NCBI GenBank assembly: GCA_048013405.1
Contig: CP182108.1
Location: forward strand, 2,638,987 to 2,670,986
Origin: Halomonadaceae bacterium KBTZ08
Lineage (GTDB): Bacteria > Pseudomonadota > Gammaproteobacteria > Pseudomonadales > Oleiphilaceae
Direction of reading: 5' to 3'
Length of the DNA: 32,000 nt
In this document: in pieces, positions 1 through 10,922 of the stretch
How positions within the stretch are numbered: the first letter of the stretch is position 1
Layout of the letters: each line of letters begins with the position of its first letter
Translations under genes and position numbers: made by a program
Notes under the pieces: model-generated
Told to the model about the DNA's origin: nothing
Seen by the model: the letters and a program-made list of their open reading frames with translations, nothing else
Databases searched by the model: none

Positions 1-1219
<1,219 letters not shown>

Positions 1220-1386
1220 GGTTGCTCCCGTTGAACGGCGCCGCGCCACGCAGCACCTTGCAGATGGGTTGTATTCTGCATTAACCCTCAGCCAACTGGC
1301 CAGAGAGCGTTAACATGCCGCAGTGGCCCATGTAGACTGTGTGGCTGTTTTCAGCCGCATGTTGGCGGACGCTCCGGAGAGGGTGA

Positions 1387-3786
1387 GTGGCAATAAAGAG
1401 GTGGATCAACAACCGCACTGGTGGTTTCTGGATGCTGGCTGCCAGCATCGTGTTTGGCTGTGCGTCCGCCCAGGCCGGTCAGCCCCCTTCGGCGGCCGCC
1501 ATGGATTGGGTCGACTGGGATCAGCTGCCCCCCGCCCTGCAGGAGCAGGTGCCCGCCTACTGTGGCGGCGCCTATCGTCCCCCCGCCCTTGAAGCCGCCA
1601 GTTCGGAGGCCGGTTCGCCGGAAGGCGGCACCAGGCCGCTGGAGATTACCAGCCGCAACGCCCGTTACCGCATGCAGCAGACCCTGGAGCTCAAGGGCGA
1701 CGTCCGGGTCCAGCAGGGTGAACTCAGGGTGCGCAGTGACCGGGCCCGGTATGATCAGGCCAGTGGCGAGCTCGACCTTGAGGGTGATGTGGTCAGTCGG
1801 GCGCAGGGGGCGCTGCTCACCGGCAACCAGGCGCGCACGGATGACCAGGGCGGCGAGCTGACCCTCCATACTGCGCGCTTCCTGCTCCATGACAGCCGCA
1901 TGCGGGGCAGCGCGGGCCGCATCGAGCGCACCGGCGAGGCCGCCATGGGCATTCATCAGGCGGTCATGACCACCTGCCCGCCAGGCCAGGATGACTGGTC
2001 GCTCGCGGCAAGCGGGGTGGAGCTGGACCGCGCCAGTGGCTTTGGGACCGCCCGCCATGTCCGGTTGCGGGTAAAGGACGTGCCTTTACTGTACGTGCCC
2101 TGGGTCCGCTTCCCCATTGATGACCGCCGTCACACCGGCTTCCTGTACCCCACTTTCGGGTCGTCCACCACTGGCAATGGGGTCTTCGTGGCCGCCCCCT
2201 TCTATTTCAACCTGGCGCCTCATTACGACGCGACCTATACCCCCCAGTTCGTCCAGGGGCGAGGCTACTTTTCGGAGCTGGAAACACGGTACCTGAGCCG
2301 TTTCGGGCAGACGGATGTGCAGCTGGGCTATATCGCCAATGATTCCGAATTTGACTCGGACAATCCGGGAGAGGACGGGGAGCGCTGGGGGCTGGATGTG
2401 ACCAGTAACGCCGATTTCGGGGGCGGCTGGTACGGGGATCTGGACTACGCGGTGGTCTCCGATGACGATTACGCCACCGACCTCAACCGCACGCTCGATA
2501 TCCAGCAGGACACGCATCTGCGGCGCAACGGGCAGCTGCGCTACAGCCAGCCGGGCCTGGACTTTTCCGCCGCGCTCCGGGGCTTCCAGACCATTGACCC
2601 GGCCATTCCAGAGGGCGACCGGCCCTACAGCCAGCTGCCTCGCCTGCAGCTGGATCTCAGTACCCGCAGTGGCAACTGGTATGCCAGCCAGGAAACGGAA
2701 TACAACTACTTCTGGCGTGACAACGACGGCCTCCAGGGGTTGGAAGCGGCGACCGGCCACCGGTTGCGCGCCCGCCCGGAAGTGGGCTGGGAGCTGCGCG
2801 GTCTGTCCGGATTTGTGGACACCTCCGTCATGCTCGACCATACCGAGTACCAGCTGGACGACCTGGACCGGGAGGAGCGCTTCAGTCGCAGCGTACCCTT
2901 CGCGGATCTGGATGCCGGACTCTACTTTGACCGCTTCTTCGAATCCGGCGGGACCGCCTATACCCAGACCCTTGAGCCACGGCTGTATTACGTCTACTCG
3001 CCGCAACGCGACCAGAGCGACATCCCCAACTTCGATACCCGGCTCAATTCCTTCCACTTCAACCAGCTCTTTGCCCGGGACCGCTTTGTGGGTGGCGACC
3101 GGGTGGGCGATAACAACCGCCTCACGACGGCCCTGACCTCTCGGGTGTATGATAGGGAGGCAGGCATCGAGCGGGCCCGGCTGAGCTTTGGCCAGATCCA
3201 CCGCTTCGACAATGAGAAGGTGGCGCTGCCCAACGGCATGGGGGCGGATGCGGACCGGACATCGCCCTACGCCGGTGAGCTGCAGCTGCGCCCGCTGGAA
3301 ACCATGGATCTGCGCATTACCGGCCAGTGGGATAACCGGGCCCATAAAACGGTGAGAGGGCGCAGCCAGCTCGGCTTCCATACCCGCGACTACCGGAACC
3401 TGCTCAATGCCGGCCATACCTATGACGCGGCCACCGATCTTGAGCAAGCGGATGTGAGCGGCGTGCTGGCGCTGGGTGAACAGACGAGCCTGATTGGCCG
3501 CTGGCTTTACGATATGGACAATGAGGCAACGGCGGGCACGCTCCTGGGCGTTGAGTACACCAGCTGCTGCTGGAACCTGCAGTTCGTGGCCCAGCGCTAC
3601 CGCACCCGGAACGAGGGCCTGGACACCCGCTTGCTGTTCCAGGTCAAGCTGCTCGGGCTCGGTGGCAGCGGCAGTGCCGGTGAAACGGCCCGCGATGCCA
3701 TTCCGGGTTTCGGTCGCCGTGGTGCCACCCGCGAGCGACCGAGCCCCGACCAGCTGCGGCGGCCAGCGCGGGCGCGGTGGCCCTGA
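1387..3786 (+). CDS. lptD: LPS-assembly outer membrane protein LptD
   Basis: 799-aa ORF with a GTG start after GGAGAGG. Signal peptide ...MLAASIVFGCASAQA. Large beta-barrel-type sequence. Immediately followed by surA-pdxA-rsmA, the conserved lptD operon context. Confidence 0.9.
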   Translation: MAIKRWINNRTGGFWMLAASIVFGCASAQAGQPPSAAAMDWVDWDQLPPALQEQVPAYCGGAYRPPALEAASSEAGSPEGGTRPLEITSRNARYRMQQTLELKGDVRVQQGELRVRSDRARYDQASGELDLEGDVVSRAQGALLTGNQARTDDQGGELTLHTARFLLHDSRMRGSAGRIERTGEAAMGIHQAVMTTCPPGQDDWSLAASGVELDRASGFGTARHVRLRVKDVPLLYVPWVRFPIDDRRHTGFLYPTFGSSTTGNGVFVAAPFYFNLAPHYDATYTPQFVQGRGYFSELETRYLSRFGQTDVQLGYIANDSEFDSDNPGEDGERWGLDVTSNADFGGGWYGDLDYAVVSDDDYATDLNRTLDIQQDTHLRRNGQLRYSQPGLDFSAALRGFQTIDPAIPEGDRPYSQLPRLQLDLSTRSGNWYASQETEYNYFWRDNDGLQGLEAATGHRLRARPEVGWELRGLSGFVDTSVMLDHTEYQLDDLDREERFSRSVPFADLDAGLYFDRFFESGGTAYTQTLEPRLYYVYSPQRDQSDIPNFDTRLNSFHFNQLFARDRFVGGDRVGDNNRLTTALTSRVYDREAGIERARLSFGQIHRFDNEKVALPNGMGADADRTSPYAGELQLRPLETMDLRITGQWDNRAHKTVRGRSQLGFHTRDYRNLLNAGHTYDAATDLEQADVSGVLALGEQTSLIGRWLYDMDNEATAGTLLGVEYTSCCWNLQFVAQRYRTRNEGLDTRLLFQVKLLGLGGSGSAGETARDAIPGFGRRGATRERPSPDQLRRPARARWP

Positions 3787-3808
3787 ACCCAATCACATTG
3801 AGGTAAGC

Positions 3809-5122
3809 ATGACTCTGAAACGACAGCGTCCTTCCAACCTGCTGGCCCTGATCCTGCTGGCCTGCCTGCCCATGCTCGCGGCTGGGGCCGACCGCCAGCC
3901 CCTGGACCGCGTCGTGGCCGTGGTGGACGAGGGCGTGGTGCTGCAGTCCGAACTCCAGGCGCGGATGCAGCAGATCCGTTCACGCATGAATGCCCAGGGG
4001 ACGCGGCTGCCGCCGGAATCCGTGCTGCAACAGCGGGTGCTGGATCAGCTCGTGCTCGAAGAGATCCAGATCCAGCGGGCCCGCAAGATGGGGATGCGCA
4101 TTGGGGATTCCGAACTCAACGACGCCATGCGCAACGTTGCCCGCAACAACGGCTTCAGCAGCCTGAACGCGTTCGAGCAGGCGCTGGCCAGCGAGGGGAT
4201 GAGTTTCCAGCAGGCACGGGAGCAGATCCGGCGCGAGATGCTGGTCAGCCGGGTCCAGCAGCAGCGCGTGGGCCGGCGCGTGCGCGTGACGGAACGGGAG
4301 GTGGACAACTTTCTCAGCTCCGCCCAGGCCCAGGATCAATCCGGCATTGAACACCTGCTCGGTAACATCCTGATCAAGGTGAACAACTTCAATGATGAAG
4401 AGCAGGTCCAGGCTGCCCGCAGCAAGGCCGAATCCATCCAGCAACGGCTGGAAGACGGGGCGGACTTCCGGGAGCTGGCCGTTGCCGAGTCAGACGGGCG
4501 TAAAGCGCTGGAAGGCGGTGAGCTGGGCTGGCGCACCGGCCAGGAACTGCCCTCGCTGGTGGCCGACACGATTCCCAAGCTGGATGTGGGCGAACCCTCG
4601 CAAGTACTGAAGAGCGGCAGCGGTTTCCATGTGGTCACGCCCCTGGACCGCCGGGGCCAGGATTCCGGGAAGGTCGTCCAGCGCAAGGTGAGCCACATCC
4701 TGGTCAATACCCAGAACCGCTCGGCCTCCGAGGCGGAATCGCTGATCCGCGACATCCAGTCACAACTGAGCAACGGGGCCGACTTTGCAGCCCTGGCCCA
4801 GGAATACTCCGACGACCCCGGCACCGTTTCCGATGGGGGTGAGCTGGGATGGGTTGGTCCTGGTGAAATGGTACCGGCGTTTGAGGACACCATGATGAAT
4901 ACGCCGGTGGGCGAAACCAGTGACCCCTTCCGTTCCCGGTTTGGCTGGCACATCCTGAAGGTTGAGGATAAGCGCCAGGCCGAGAAAAGCGACCAGGCCC
5001 GGCGTAACAAGGCACGCCAGGCATTGCAGCAGCGCCAGTACGAACTGGAACTCCAGAACTGGTTGAGCCAGATCCGTGAGGAAGCCTACGTGAACGTGAA
5101 ACTCGGGGAGGACCAATCGTGA
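3809..5122 (+). CDS. surA: Periplasmic chaperone / peptidyl-prolyl isomerase SurA
   Basis: In-frame ATG at 3809 after GAGGTAAG gives [49 protein letters not shown]..., a signal peptide plus SurA N-domain. Two parvulin PPIase-like segments (..GGELGW..). The 3494 start in the ORF track overlaps lptD and is rejected. Confidence 0.9.
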   Translation: MTLKRQRPSNLLALILLACLPMLAAGADRQPLDRVVAVVDEGVVLQSELQARMQQIRSRMNAQGTRLPPESVLQQRVLDQLVLEEIQIQRARKMGMRIGDSELNDAMRNVARNNGFSSLNAFEQALASEGMSFQQAREQIRREMLVSRVQQQRVGRRVRVTEREVDNFLSSAQAQDQSGIEHLLGNILIKVNNFNDEEQVQAARSKAESIQQRLEDGADFRELAVAESDGRKALEGGELGWRTGQELPSLVADTIPKLDVGEPSQVLKSGSGFHVVTPLDRRGQDSGKVVQRKVSHILVNTQNRSASEAESLIRDIQSQLSNGADFAALAQEYSDDPGTVSDGGELGWVGPGEMVPAFEDTMMNTPVGETSDPFRSRFGWHILKVEDKRQAEKSDQARRNKARQALQQRQYELELQNWLSQIREEAYVNVKLGEDQS

Positions 5123-6126
5123 GTCGCCCAGCACGCCTGGCGGTCACGGCGGGTGAGCCAGCCGGCATTGGGCCGGACCTGTGCCTCAGCCTGGCTGAGC
5201 GCGAGCGGGAAACCGAACTGGTGGTGGTTGCGGACGCCGAGCTGATGCGCGAGCGCGCCCGCGAGCTGGGATTGACGGTGCGGGTTGAGTCCTGGGAGCC
5301 GGACCAGCCCATTCCCACCGAAGCCGGGGTGCTTCCGGTCTGGTCCGTCGCCTCCGTTGCCACCACCGGCGCCGGGCAGCTGAACCCGGATAATGCCGCT
5401 TATGTGCTGCGCACGCTTGAAGCGGCGGTGGAAGCCTGCCAGCTCAGCATCGTGGATGCCATGGTCACCGCGCCGGTGCACAAGGGCGTGATCAATGAAG
5501 CCGGTATCCGCTTCAGCGGCCATACCGAATTCCTGCAGGAAAAGACCGGTGCCAGTGGTGTGGTGATGATGCTGGCCACGGAAGGGCTGCGCGTGGCGCT
5601 GGCCACAACCCATCTGCCGCTGCGGGCGGTGCCCGATGCCATCCAGGGGGATCGCCTGAGCCGTGTGCTGCACATCCTTGATGCCGACCTGCGCAAGCAT
5701 TTCGGCATCGACCAGCCCCGGATCCTGGTGGCCGGCCTGAACCCGCATGCCGGCGAAGGCGGCCATCTTGGCTGCGAGGAGATCGATGTGATCGAGCCCC
5801 TGTTGGCACGGCTGAACAGTGAGGGCATGCACCTGGTGGGCCCGCTGCCGGCAGACACCCTGTTTACGCCCTACAATCTGGAAAAGGCGGATGCAGTGCT
5901 CGCCATGTACCACGACCAGGGCCTGCCCGTGCTCAAGCACAAGGGATTTGGCCGCGCCGTGAACATTACCCTGGGCCTTCCGATCATCCGCACCTCCGTG
6001 GATCACGGCACAGCCCTGAATCTGGCCGGCACCGGGCAGGTTGACGCCGGCAGCCTGCATGAAGCCATCGACACCGCGGCCCATATGGTGGGCCAGCGGG
6101 AACAGACACGGCAGGAGCGCGCATGA
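5119..6126 (+). CDS. pdxA: 4-hydroxythreonine-4-phosphate dehydrogenase PdxA
   Basis: 335-aa ORF with a GTG start overlapping the surA stop (GTGA). PdxA-like motifs are present (..[11 protein letters not shown].., ..[13 protein letters not shown].., ..[10 protein letters not shown]..). Confidence 0.9.
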   Translation: MSRPARLAVTAGEPAGIGPDLCLSLAERERETELVVVADAELMRERARELGLTVRVESWEPDQPIPTEAGVLPVWSVASVATTGAGQLNPDNAAYVLRTLEAAVEACQLSIVDAMVTAPVHKGVINEAGIRFSGHTEFLQEKTGASGVVMMLATEGLRVALATTHLPLRAVPDAIQGDRLSRVLHILDADLRKHFGIDQPRILVAGLNPHAGEGGHLGCEEIDVIEPLLARLNSEGMHLVGPLPADTLFTPYNLEKADAVLAMYHDQGLPVLKHKGFGRAVNITLGLPIIRTSVDHGTALNLAGTGQVDAGSLHEAIDTAAHMVGQREQTRQERA

Positions 6127-6935
6127 GCCGACCGCCAGGCCACCAGGCGCGCAAGCGTTTTGGTCAGAACTTCCTGCACGACGCGGGGGTGATCGACCGC
6201 ATCGTGGGGGCCATCAACCCGGCGCCGGAAGACAACCTGGTGGAGATTGGGCCCGGCATGGGGGCGTTGAGCCAGCCACTTCTGGAGGCCTGCCCTTCGC
6301 TGCAGATGATTGAGCTGGACCGGGACCTGATCCCGGGCCTGCGGGCCCAGTTCTTCCGTTACCCGGAACTCAGCATCCACGAAGGCGATGCCCTGCGCTT
6401 TGATTTCAGGACCATCGCCGACAAGGGGCCCATCCGGGCGGTGGGCAACCTGCCGTACAACATCGCCACGCCCCTGATCTTCCACCTGATGGAATACGGG
6501 GATGTGGTCCGCGACATGCACTTCATGCTCCAGAAAGAAGTGGTGGAGCGCATGGCCGCGGCGCCGGGCGAGAGCCAGTGGGGCCGGCTGGCCATCATGA
6601 CCCAGTACCGGTGCCGGGTGCAGCCGTTGTTCACGGTGGGGGCGGGCGCCTTCAGCCCGGCACCCAAGGTGGAATCCGCCATTGTGCGGCTGATTCCCCA
6701 CGAGACCATCCCCAACCCCGCCCATGACACGGAACTGCTGGCCAGGGTTGTGCGCACGGCCTTTAACGCGCGGCGCAAGACCCTGCGCAAGGCGCTGGCC
6801 CCGTTTTTCGGGGACGAGGACTGGCAGCGGCTGGGCATTGAACCGATGCTGCGCCCCCAGAACCTGACCCTGAAGGACTATGTGATGCTGGCCAACGATC
6901 TGTACGCACAGCGAGGCAACGGGAGTACGGAATGA
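6123..6935 (+). CDS. rsmA: 16S rRNA (adenine1518/1519-N6)-dimethyltransferase RsmA/KsgA
   Basis: 270-aa ORF, ATGA overlap with pdxA. N-terminus ..[12 protein letters not shown].. and SAM motif ..[12 protein letters not shown].. are typical of KsgA. Confidence 0.9.
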   Translation: MSRPPGHQARKRFGQNFLHDAGVIDRIVGAINPAPEDNLVEIGPGMGALSQPLLEACPSLQMIELDRDLIPGLRAQFFRYPELSIHEGDALRFDFRTIADKGPIRAVGNLPYNIATPLIFHLMEYGDVVRDMHFMLQKEVVERMAAAPGESQWGRLAIMTQYRCRVQPLFTVGAGAFSPAPKVESAIVRLIPHETIPNPAHDTELLARVVRTAFNARRKTLRKALAPFFGDEDWQRLGIEPMLRPQNLTLKDYVMLANDLYAQRGNGSTE

Positions 6936-7738
6936 GCGAGTACGCCATTGGCGACATTCACGGCTGCCACGACACCCTGCGACTGCTCATGGACCGTCTC
7001 GGGTTCAGCCCGGACCGGGACCGGCTCTGGTTCGTGGGGGATCTCATCAACCGTGGGCCCAAGTCCCTGGAATCCCTGCGCCTGGTGCGGGACCTGGGCG
7101 ACAATGCTCTGGTCACCCTGGGCAACCACGACATGCACTTTCTGGCCGTTGCATTGGGCGGGCATGCGCCCCGGCCCAAGGACACCCTCCAGCCCATCCT
7201 GGAAGCGCCTGATCGCCATGGTCTGATTGAGTGGCTGTTGCAGCAGCACTTTGCGGTACCCGACTCCGAGCGTGGGCTGCTGATGGTCCATGCCGGGATT
7301 CCGCATCTGTGGACGGCGGAAGAGGCGGTGGATTACAGCCGGGAGCTGGAGGCCGTACTCCAGAGCAGCGAGGCGACGCGTTATTTCCGCGAGATGTACG
7401 GGAACCGGCCGCAACGCTGGGACGACGCCCTTGAAGGCATGGACCGGTGGCGGATGATCACCAATTATTTCACCCGCATGCGCTTTGTGGCCCGGGACGG
7501 CACGCTGGACCTGGCCACCAAGGAGGGCGCCGGCGCCGCTCCCGAGGGCTTTGCGCCCTGGTTCCAGTACCCTCGGCCGGACTCGGCGGAACTGATGTTC
7601 GGGCACTGGGCGGCCCTGGAAGGCCGCACGGGGACGCCCGGCGTTCACGGGCTGGACACGGGCTGCGTCTACAACGGCCAGCTCACCGCAATGAACCTTG
7701 ATACCCAGGAGATGATCCGTGTTGACCCCTGCGACTGA
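6932..7738 (+). CDS. apaH: Bis(5'-nucleosyl)-tetraphosphatase, symmetrical (ApaH)
   Basis: 268-aa ORF, ATGA overlap with rsmA. Metallophosphatase motifs are present: YAIGDIHGC, GDLINRGP, GNHD. Confidence 0.9.
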   Translation: MSEYAIGDIHGCHDTLRLLMDRLGFSPDRDRLWFVGDLINRGPKSLESLRLVRDLGDNALVTLGNHDMHFLAVALGGHAPRPKDTLQPILEAPDRHGLIEWLLQQHFAVPDSERGLLMVHAGIPHLWTAEEAVDYSRELEAVLQSSEATRYFREMYGNRPQRWDDALEGMDRWRMITNYFTRMRFVARDGTLDLATKEGAGAAPEGFAPWFQYPRPDSAELMFGHWAALEGRTGTPGVHGLDTGCVYNGQLTAMNLDTQEMIRVDPCD

Positions 7739-8126
7739 TACCGGATTGGCGGCGGGAAACTGGCTGGCAACAGGCGCTGTGCTGGGTGGTCTGGCCGTGG
7801 CGGCGGGCGCGTTTGGCGCGCATGCGCTTGAAGGCAAGCTCTCGAGCCATTACATGGGCGTGTTCGAGACGGCCGTCCAGTACCAGATGTTCCATGCGCT
7901 GGCGTTACTGGGGGTGGCGCTGATCGGCATGATTCGGCCGGATGCGTCCTGGCTGGTGCCGGCGGCCTGGGCCTTTCTGGTGGGCATTCTCCTGTTCAGT
8001 GGCAGTCTGTACGCCCTGGTTCTGAGTGGTACCCGCATTCTGGGGGCGATTACGCCGATCGGGGGGGTGGCCTTTTTGATTGGCTGGGTCTGCCTGGTGA
8101 TGGCCGGGGTACGGCTGGGGGCTTGA
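7719..8126 (+). CDS. DUF423 (YgdD-like) small inner-membrane protein
   Basis: 135-aa hydrophobic ORF with about four predicted TM helices and the ..AAGAFGAHAL.. motif typical of DUF423. The GTG start at 7719 overlaps the apaH end by 20 nt; the true start may be slightly downstream. Confidence 0.65.
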   Translation: MLTPATDTGLAAGNWLATGAVLGGLAVAAGAFGAHALEGKLSSHYMGVFETAVQYQMFHALALLGVALIGMIRPDASWLVPAAWAFLVGILLFSGSLYALVLSGTRILGAITPIGGVAFLIGWVCLVMAGVRLGA

Positions 8127-8210
8127 AGCTGGCTGCTTTAAGCCTCAGTTTTATGGAAGGTGGTCTCCGGCTCCCTTCCTGCAGTTCTACTGGCGCACCG
8201 AGCGAACGAT

Positions 8211-8411
8211 ATGAAGATCGAACTGAACGGCGAAAACACTGAAGTCAGCGACGGCGCCAGCATCCAGGCACTGGTGGAGCAGCTGGAACTCACCGGGCGG
8301 CGCATTGCCGTGGAAGTGAACGAAGAGATTGTGCCCCGCAGCGAGTATGGCTCCCATCAACTGGCCCCTGGTGATCGCGTGGAGGTTGTGCATGCGATCG
8401 GCGGCGGCTGA
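8211..8411 (+). CDS. thiS: Thiamine biosynthesis sulfur-carrier protein ThiS
   Basis: ATG at 8211 gives a 66-aa protein, MKIELNGENTEV...VEVVHAIGGG, with the C-terminal GG of the ThiS/MoaD family. Directly upstream of thiG. Confidence 0.85.
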   Translation: MKIELNGENTEVSDGASIQALVEQLELTGRRIAVEVNEEIVPRSEYGSHQLAPGDRVEVVHAIGGG

Positions 8412-8444
8412 GCCGGCACCAATCAGGCCCCTGAAACGAGAGAG

Positions 8445-9248
8445 ATGATGACCAACGAGACCCCCCAGGACGCGCGCCTCACCATTGACGGCACCCCCTA
8501 CCAATCCCGCCTGCTGGTGGGAACGGGCAAATACGCCAGCTGGGAACAGGCCCGTGCGGCCATTGAGACCAGCGGGGCGGAGATGGTGACCATGGCGGTG
8601 CGGCGCACCAACCTGGGCCAGAACCCGGACGAACCCAGCCTTCTGGACATCGTCTCGCCGGAGCAGTACACGCTGCTGCCCAATACCGCCGGGTGCTACA
8701 ACGCCAGGGATGCCGTGCGCACCTGCAAGCTGGCGCGCGAGCTGCTGGACGGCCACAACCTGGTCAAGCTGGAGGTTCTGGGCGATGAGAAGACCCTTTA
8801 CCCGGACGTGACCGAGACCCTGAAGGCGGCGGAACAGCTGATCGACGACGGATTCCGGGTCATGGTCTACACCAATGACGACCCGCTGATCGCGCTCAGG
8901 CTGGAGCGCATGGGGTGTGTGGCGGTCATGCCGCTGGGCGCCCCCATTGGCTCCGGGCTGGGCATCCAGAACCGCTACAACATCCGCACCATTGTTGAGA
9001 ACGCCAGTGTTCCGGTGTTGGTGGATGCAGGCGTGGGCACGGCTTCGGACGCCAGCGTGGCCATGGAACTGGGCTGTGATGGCGTCCTGATGAACACCGC
9101 CATCGCCGAGGCCAGGGAGCCGGTCCGCATGGCCAGGGCCATGGGCAAGGCCATTGAAGCCGGTCGTGACGCCTACCTCGCCGGCCGTATGCCCAAAAAA
9201 GCCTACGCGAGCGCCTCATCGCCGTTTGACGGCACCTTCTTCCAGTGA
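8445..9248 (+). CDS. thiG: Thiazole synthase ThiG
   Basis: 267-aa ORF with ..[10 protein letters not shown].., ..LPNTAGC.., ..[13 protein letters not shown].., typical ThiG motifs. The start may be 8445 or 8448 (tandem ATG). Confidence 0.9.
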   Translation: MMTNETPQDARLTIDGTPYQSRLLVGTGKYASWEQARAAIETSGAEMVTMAVRRTNLGQNPDEPSLLDIVSPEQYTLLPNTAGCYNARDAVRTCKLARELLDGHNLVKLEVLGDEKTLYPDVTETLKAAEQLIDDGFRVMVYTNDDPLIALRLERMGCVAVMPLGAPIGSGLGIQNRYNIRTIVENASVPVLVDAGVGTASDASVAMELGCDGVLMNTAIAEAREPVRMARAMGKAIEAGRDAYLAGRMPKKAYASASSPFDGTFFQ

Positions 9249-9442
9249 CCGCTGGGGCGTAAGAGCCCCAGCCCCGTGTGACAGGCCCCGACCGCGCTTT
9301 GGCCGACCCTGTGCCCAACCCGGCGATAGGGTCGATTTGTATAAATTGTGGGCGAAAGCCTGTGCCTCTGCTATACAAATAGAGGGGAGGCGCAGTCCAT
9401 AGAGCCTCCTACTCAGTCAAAGCCGTGATCGTGGAGGACCAC

Positions 9443-10528
9443 ATGAAAACAATGCTAAGCGGGCTTCTGTTCGGCGTCCTGCTCCTTTCGGGCGGGATGG
9501 CAACAGCGCAGACCGGCAAGACCCTCAACGTATTCACCTGGGAAGGCTATGTGCTGCCTGAGGAGGTTGAAGCCGTTAACAAGCTGCTTGAGCGCAAAGG
9601 GTATGACTACCGGGTGCAGGTTATTGAGCCGTGGGCGGAGGGCCCGTCCCAGATGTTCAACGTGATGCGCAGCGGCAACGTGGACATCAGCTTTCTCACC
9701 CTCAACTACATCAAGATGCAGGGGGGCAAGATCCAGTCGCTGTTGCAGCCCATCAACACGGATTCCCCACGACTTACCAATTACGACGCTCTGAACGACG
9801 ACCTGACCCAGATTTCAATGGGCATGGATAATGGTGAGCCCCTCTACATTCCCTGGGGCGGGGGCGCCTACGGCATCTGGGCCAACATGGACAAACTCTC
9901 CAAGGATGAGCTGCCCCAGTCGGTGAACGACCTCTGGAACGATCGCTGGGAGGGTAAACTCTCGCTCACTCAGGGCCAGATCCAGCCCAACATTGCCCTG
10001 GCGTTGATGGCCCAGGGGAAAGAGCCGTTCCACATCAACGAGCTGGCAGGGGACCGTGCCGGACTGGGTAAATACTCCAAGGCGGACACAGCCCTGCAGC
10101 GCAAGATGAACGCCCTGTACGACCAGGTTGGCAATTTCTGGTCCGATGGGCCGGTATTCAGCGACGACCTCCTCCTGGTTGCCTCCTACGGCCCCGGCGT
10201 ATCAGCCCACAATGCCGAAGGCGGTAACTGGGAGCTGGTCTCCTTTGAGGAAGGGAATACAGTTTGGCTGGACACGATCAACTTCAGTTCAGAGCTCTCC
10301 GGTCGGAAACTGGAAGCGGCGGAAATCTTTGCCAACTACTTCATTGGCAAGAAGGTCCAGGAGCGGGTGGTTGAAGGACTGGGTATGGTCGCCGCCTCCA
10401 GCAAGGTGGACTCCAACCCGCTGATCGAGGACAACCCGAACTTCTTTGACTCGGCCATGTTCTGGCCTCCCTATGACAGTAAGGCCAACAACGTGATGAA
10501 GATCATCTCGGATCGGGCGATGGAGTAA
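9443..10528 (+). CDS. Periplasmic solute-binding protein, PotD/PotF-like ABC substrate-binding family (orphan)
   Basis: ATG at 9443 after GGAGGA gives MKTMLSGLLFGVLLLSGGMATAQ (signal peptide). This is followed by ..LNVFTWEGY.., characteristic of polyamine-type SBPs. No permease or ATPase gene is adjacent. Confidence 0.7.
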   Translation: MKTMLSGLLFGVLLLSGGMATAQTGKTLNVFTWEGYVLPEEVEAVNKLLERKGYDYRVQVIEPWAEGPSQMFNVMRSGNVDISFLTLNYIKMQGGKIQSLLQPINTDSPRLTNYDALNDDLTQISMGMDNGEPLYIPWGGGAYGIWANMDKLSKDELPQSVNDLWNDRWEGKLSLTQGQIQPNIALALMAQGKEPFHINELAGDRAGLGKYSKADTALQRKMNALYDQVGNFWSDGPVFSDDLLLVASYGPGVSAHNAEGGNWELVSFEEGNTVWLDTINFSSELSGRKLEAAEIFANYFIGKKVQERVVEGLGMVAASSKVDSNPLIEDNPNFFDSAMFWPPYDSKANNVMKIISDRAME

Positions 10529-10557
10529 ACCATCCAAGTCGCCGCTAAGTGAACTCG

Positions 10558-10590
10558 CAGCGGCCATTGCCAAAGGGCAATTGGCCGCTG
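10558..10590 (+). terminator. Stem-loop downstream of the solute-binding protein gene (possible intrinsic terminator)
   Basis: CAGCGGCCATTGCC-AAA-GGGCAATTGGCCGCTG forms a stem of about 14 bp with one bulge, 30 nt after the stop codon. The trailing U-tract is weak (GTTTGC). Confidence 0.35.
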
Positions 10591-10654
10591 GTTTGCTGGA
10601 TATCCTCCTGAGCGACTCTTTGGGAGGTGGCGTTGCGTCAATTCCGACCAGGGC

Positions 10655-10816
10655 TCAGGTCTTGTCGTTGGTCTGACGACGCTTGGCCAGTTCCTTTTTC
10701 GCCCAATCGCCAGCGTGCCGCATCTCTTGCCGCAGTGATTCGATCTCGGATTGTGTCAACCGCCGGTGCTTTCCGGAGGTATCCTGTTTCGCCTTGTGTG
10801 AGTTGGTCGATGTCAT
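10655..10816 (-). CDS. Hypothetical small basic protein (53 aa)
   Basis: Not in the ORF track (too short). Minus-strand ATG at 10816 gives MTSTNSHKAKQDTSGKHRRLTQSEIESLRQEMRHAGDWAKKELAKRRQTNDKT, with TGA at 10655-10657. An AGAGG lies about 9 nt upstream. The charged helical-looking sequence is more protein-like than the overlapping 92-aa frame. Confidence 0.3.
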   Translation of the reverse strand: MTSTNSHKAKQDTSGKHRRLTQSEIESLRQEMRHAGDWAKKELAKRRQTNDKT

Positions 10817-10922
10817 AATGAAACGCCTCTTTCCGATCGTTGTTTATTGGCTGGCCATCTTTGTTCTCCGTGCCGGCCCGCATTGTGTCTTTGGCAACCA
10901 AACGTAATCTACCCATTTGGAT

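Noticed and set aside
2086-3792. 568-aa minus-strand ORF antisense to lptD. Similar long antisense ORFs occur at 5086-6084, 6878-7837, 11393-12697, 12519-13376, 19981-20982, 26113-20880, 28755-29561, 29420-30142 and 30252-31010.
   Set aside because: These are shadow ORFs typical of high-GC DNA. Their sequences are low-complexity and Ala/Gly/Arg/Pro-rich. Each lies fully inside a well-supported gene on the opposite strand.
3494-3808. Upstream extension of the surA ORF (start at 3494). Analogous long starts exist for csy3 (19251), cas1 (25922), amgK (1249), thiS (8160) and the lysozyme-like gene (26953).
   Set aside because: The extensions overlap the preceding gene or intergenic DNA and add non-protein-like residues. 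Internal starts have Shine-Dalgarno motifs and give canonical N-termini or signal peptides.
8127-8210. Possible TPP (THI-box) riboswitch upstream of thiS.
   Set aside because: The 84-nt gap lacks the conserved CUGAGA / ACCUGAUCUGGAUAAUGCCAGCG-type THI-box elements and is too short for the aptamer.
9251-9272. GCTGGGGC-GTAAGA-GCCCCAGC hairpin right after the thiG stop, as a possible terminator.
   Set aside because: The 8-bp GC stem is real, but no U-tract follows (CCCGTGTG). I do not call it a terminator, though it may still act as an RNA stabiliser.
10638-10916. 92-aa minus-strand ORF from the ORF track.
   Set aside because: The sequence looks random and no RBS is visible. A different frame on the same strand gives a more protein-like 53-aa product, itself only low confidence.
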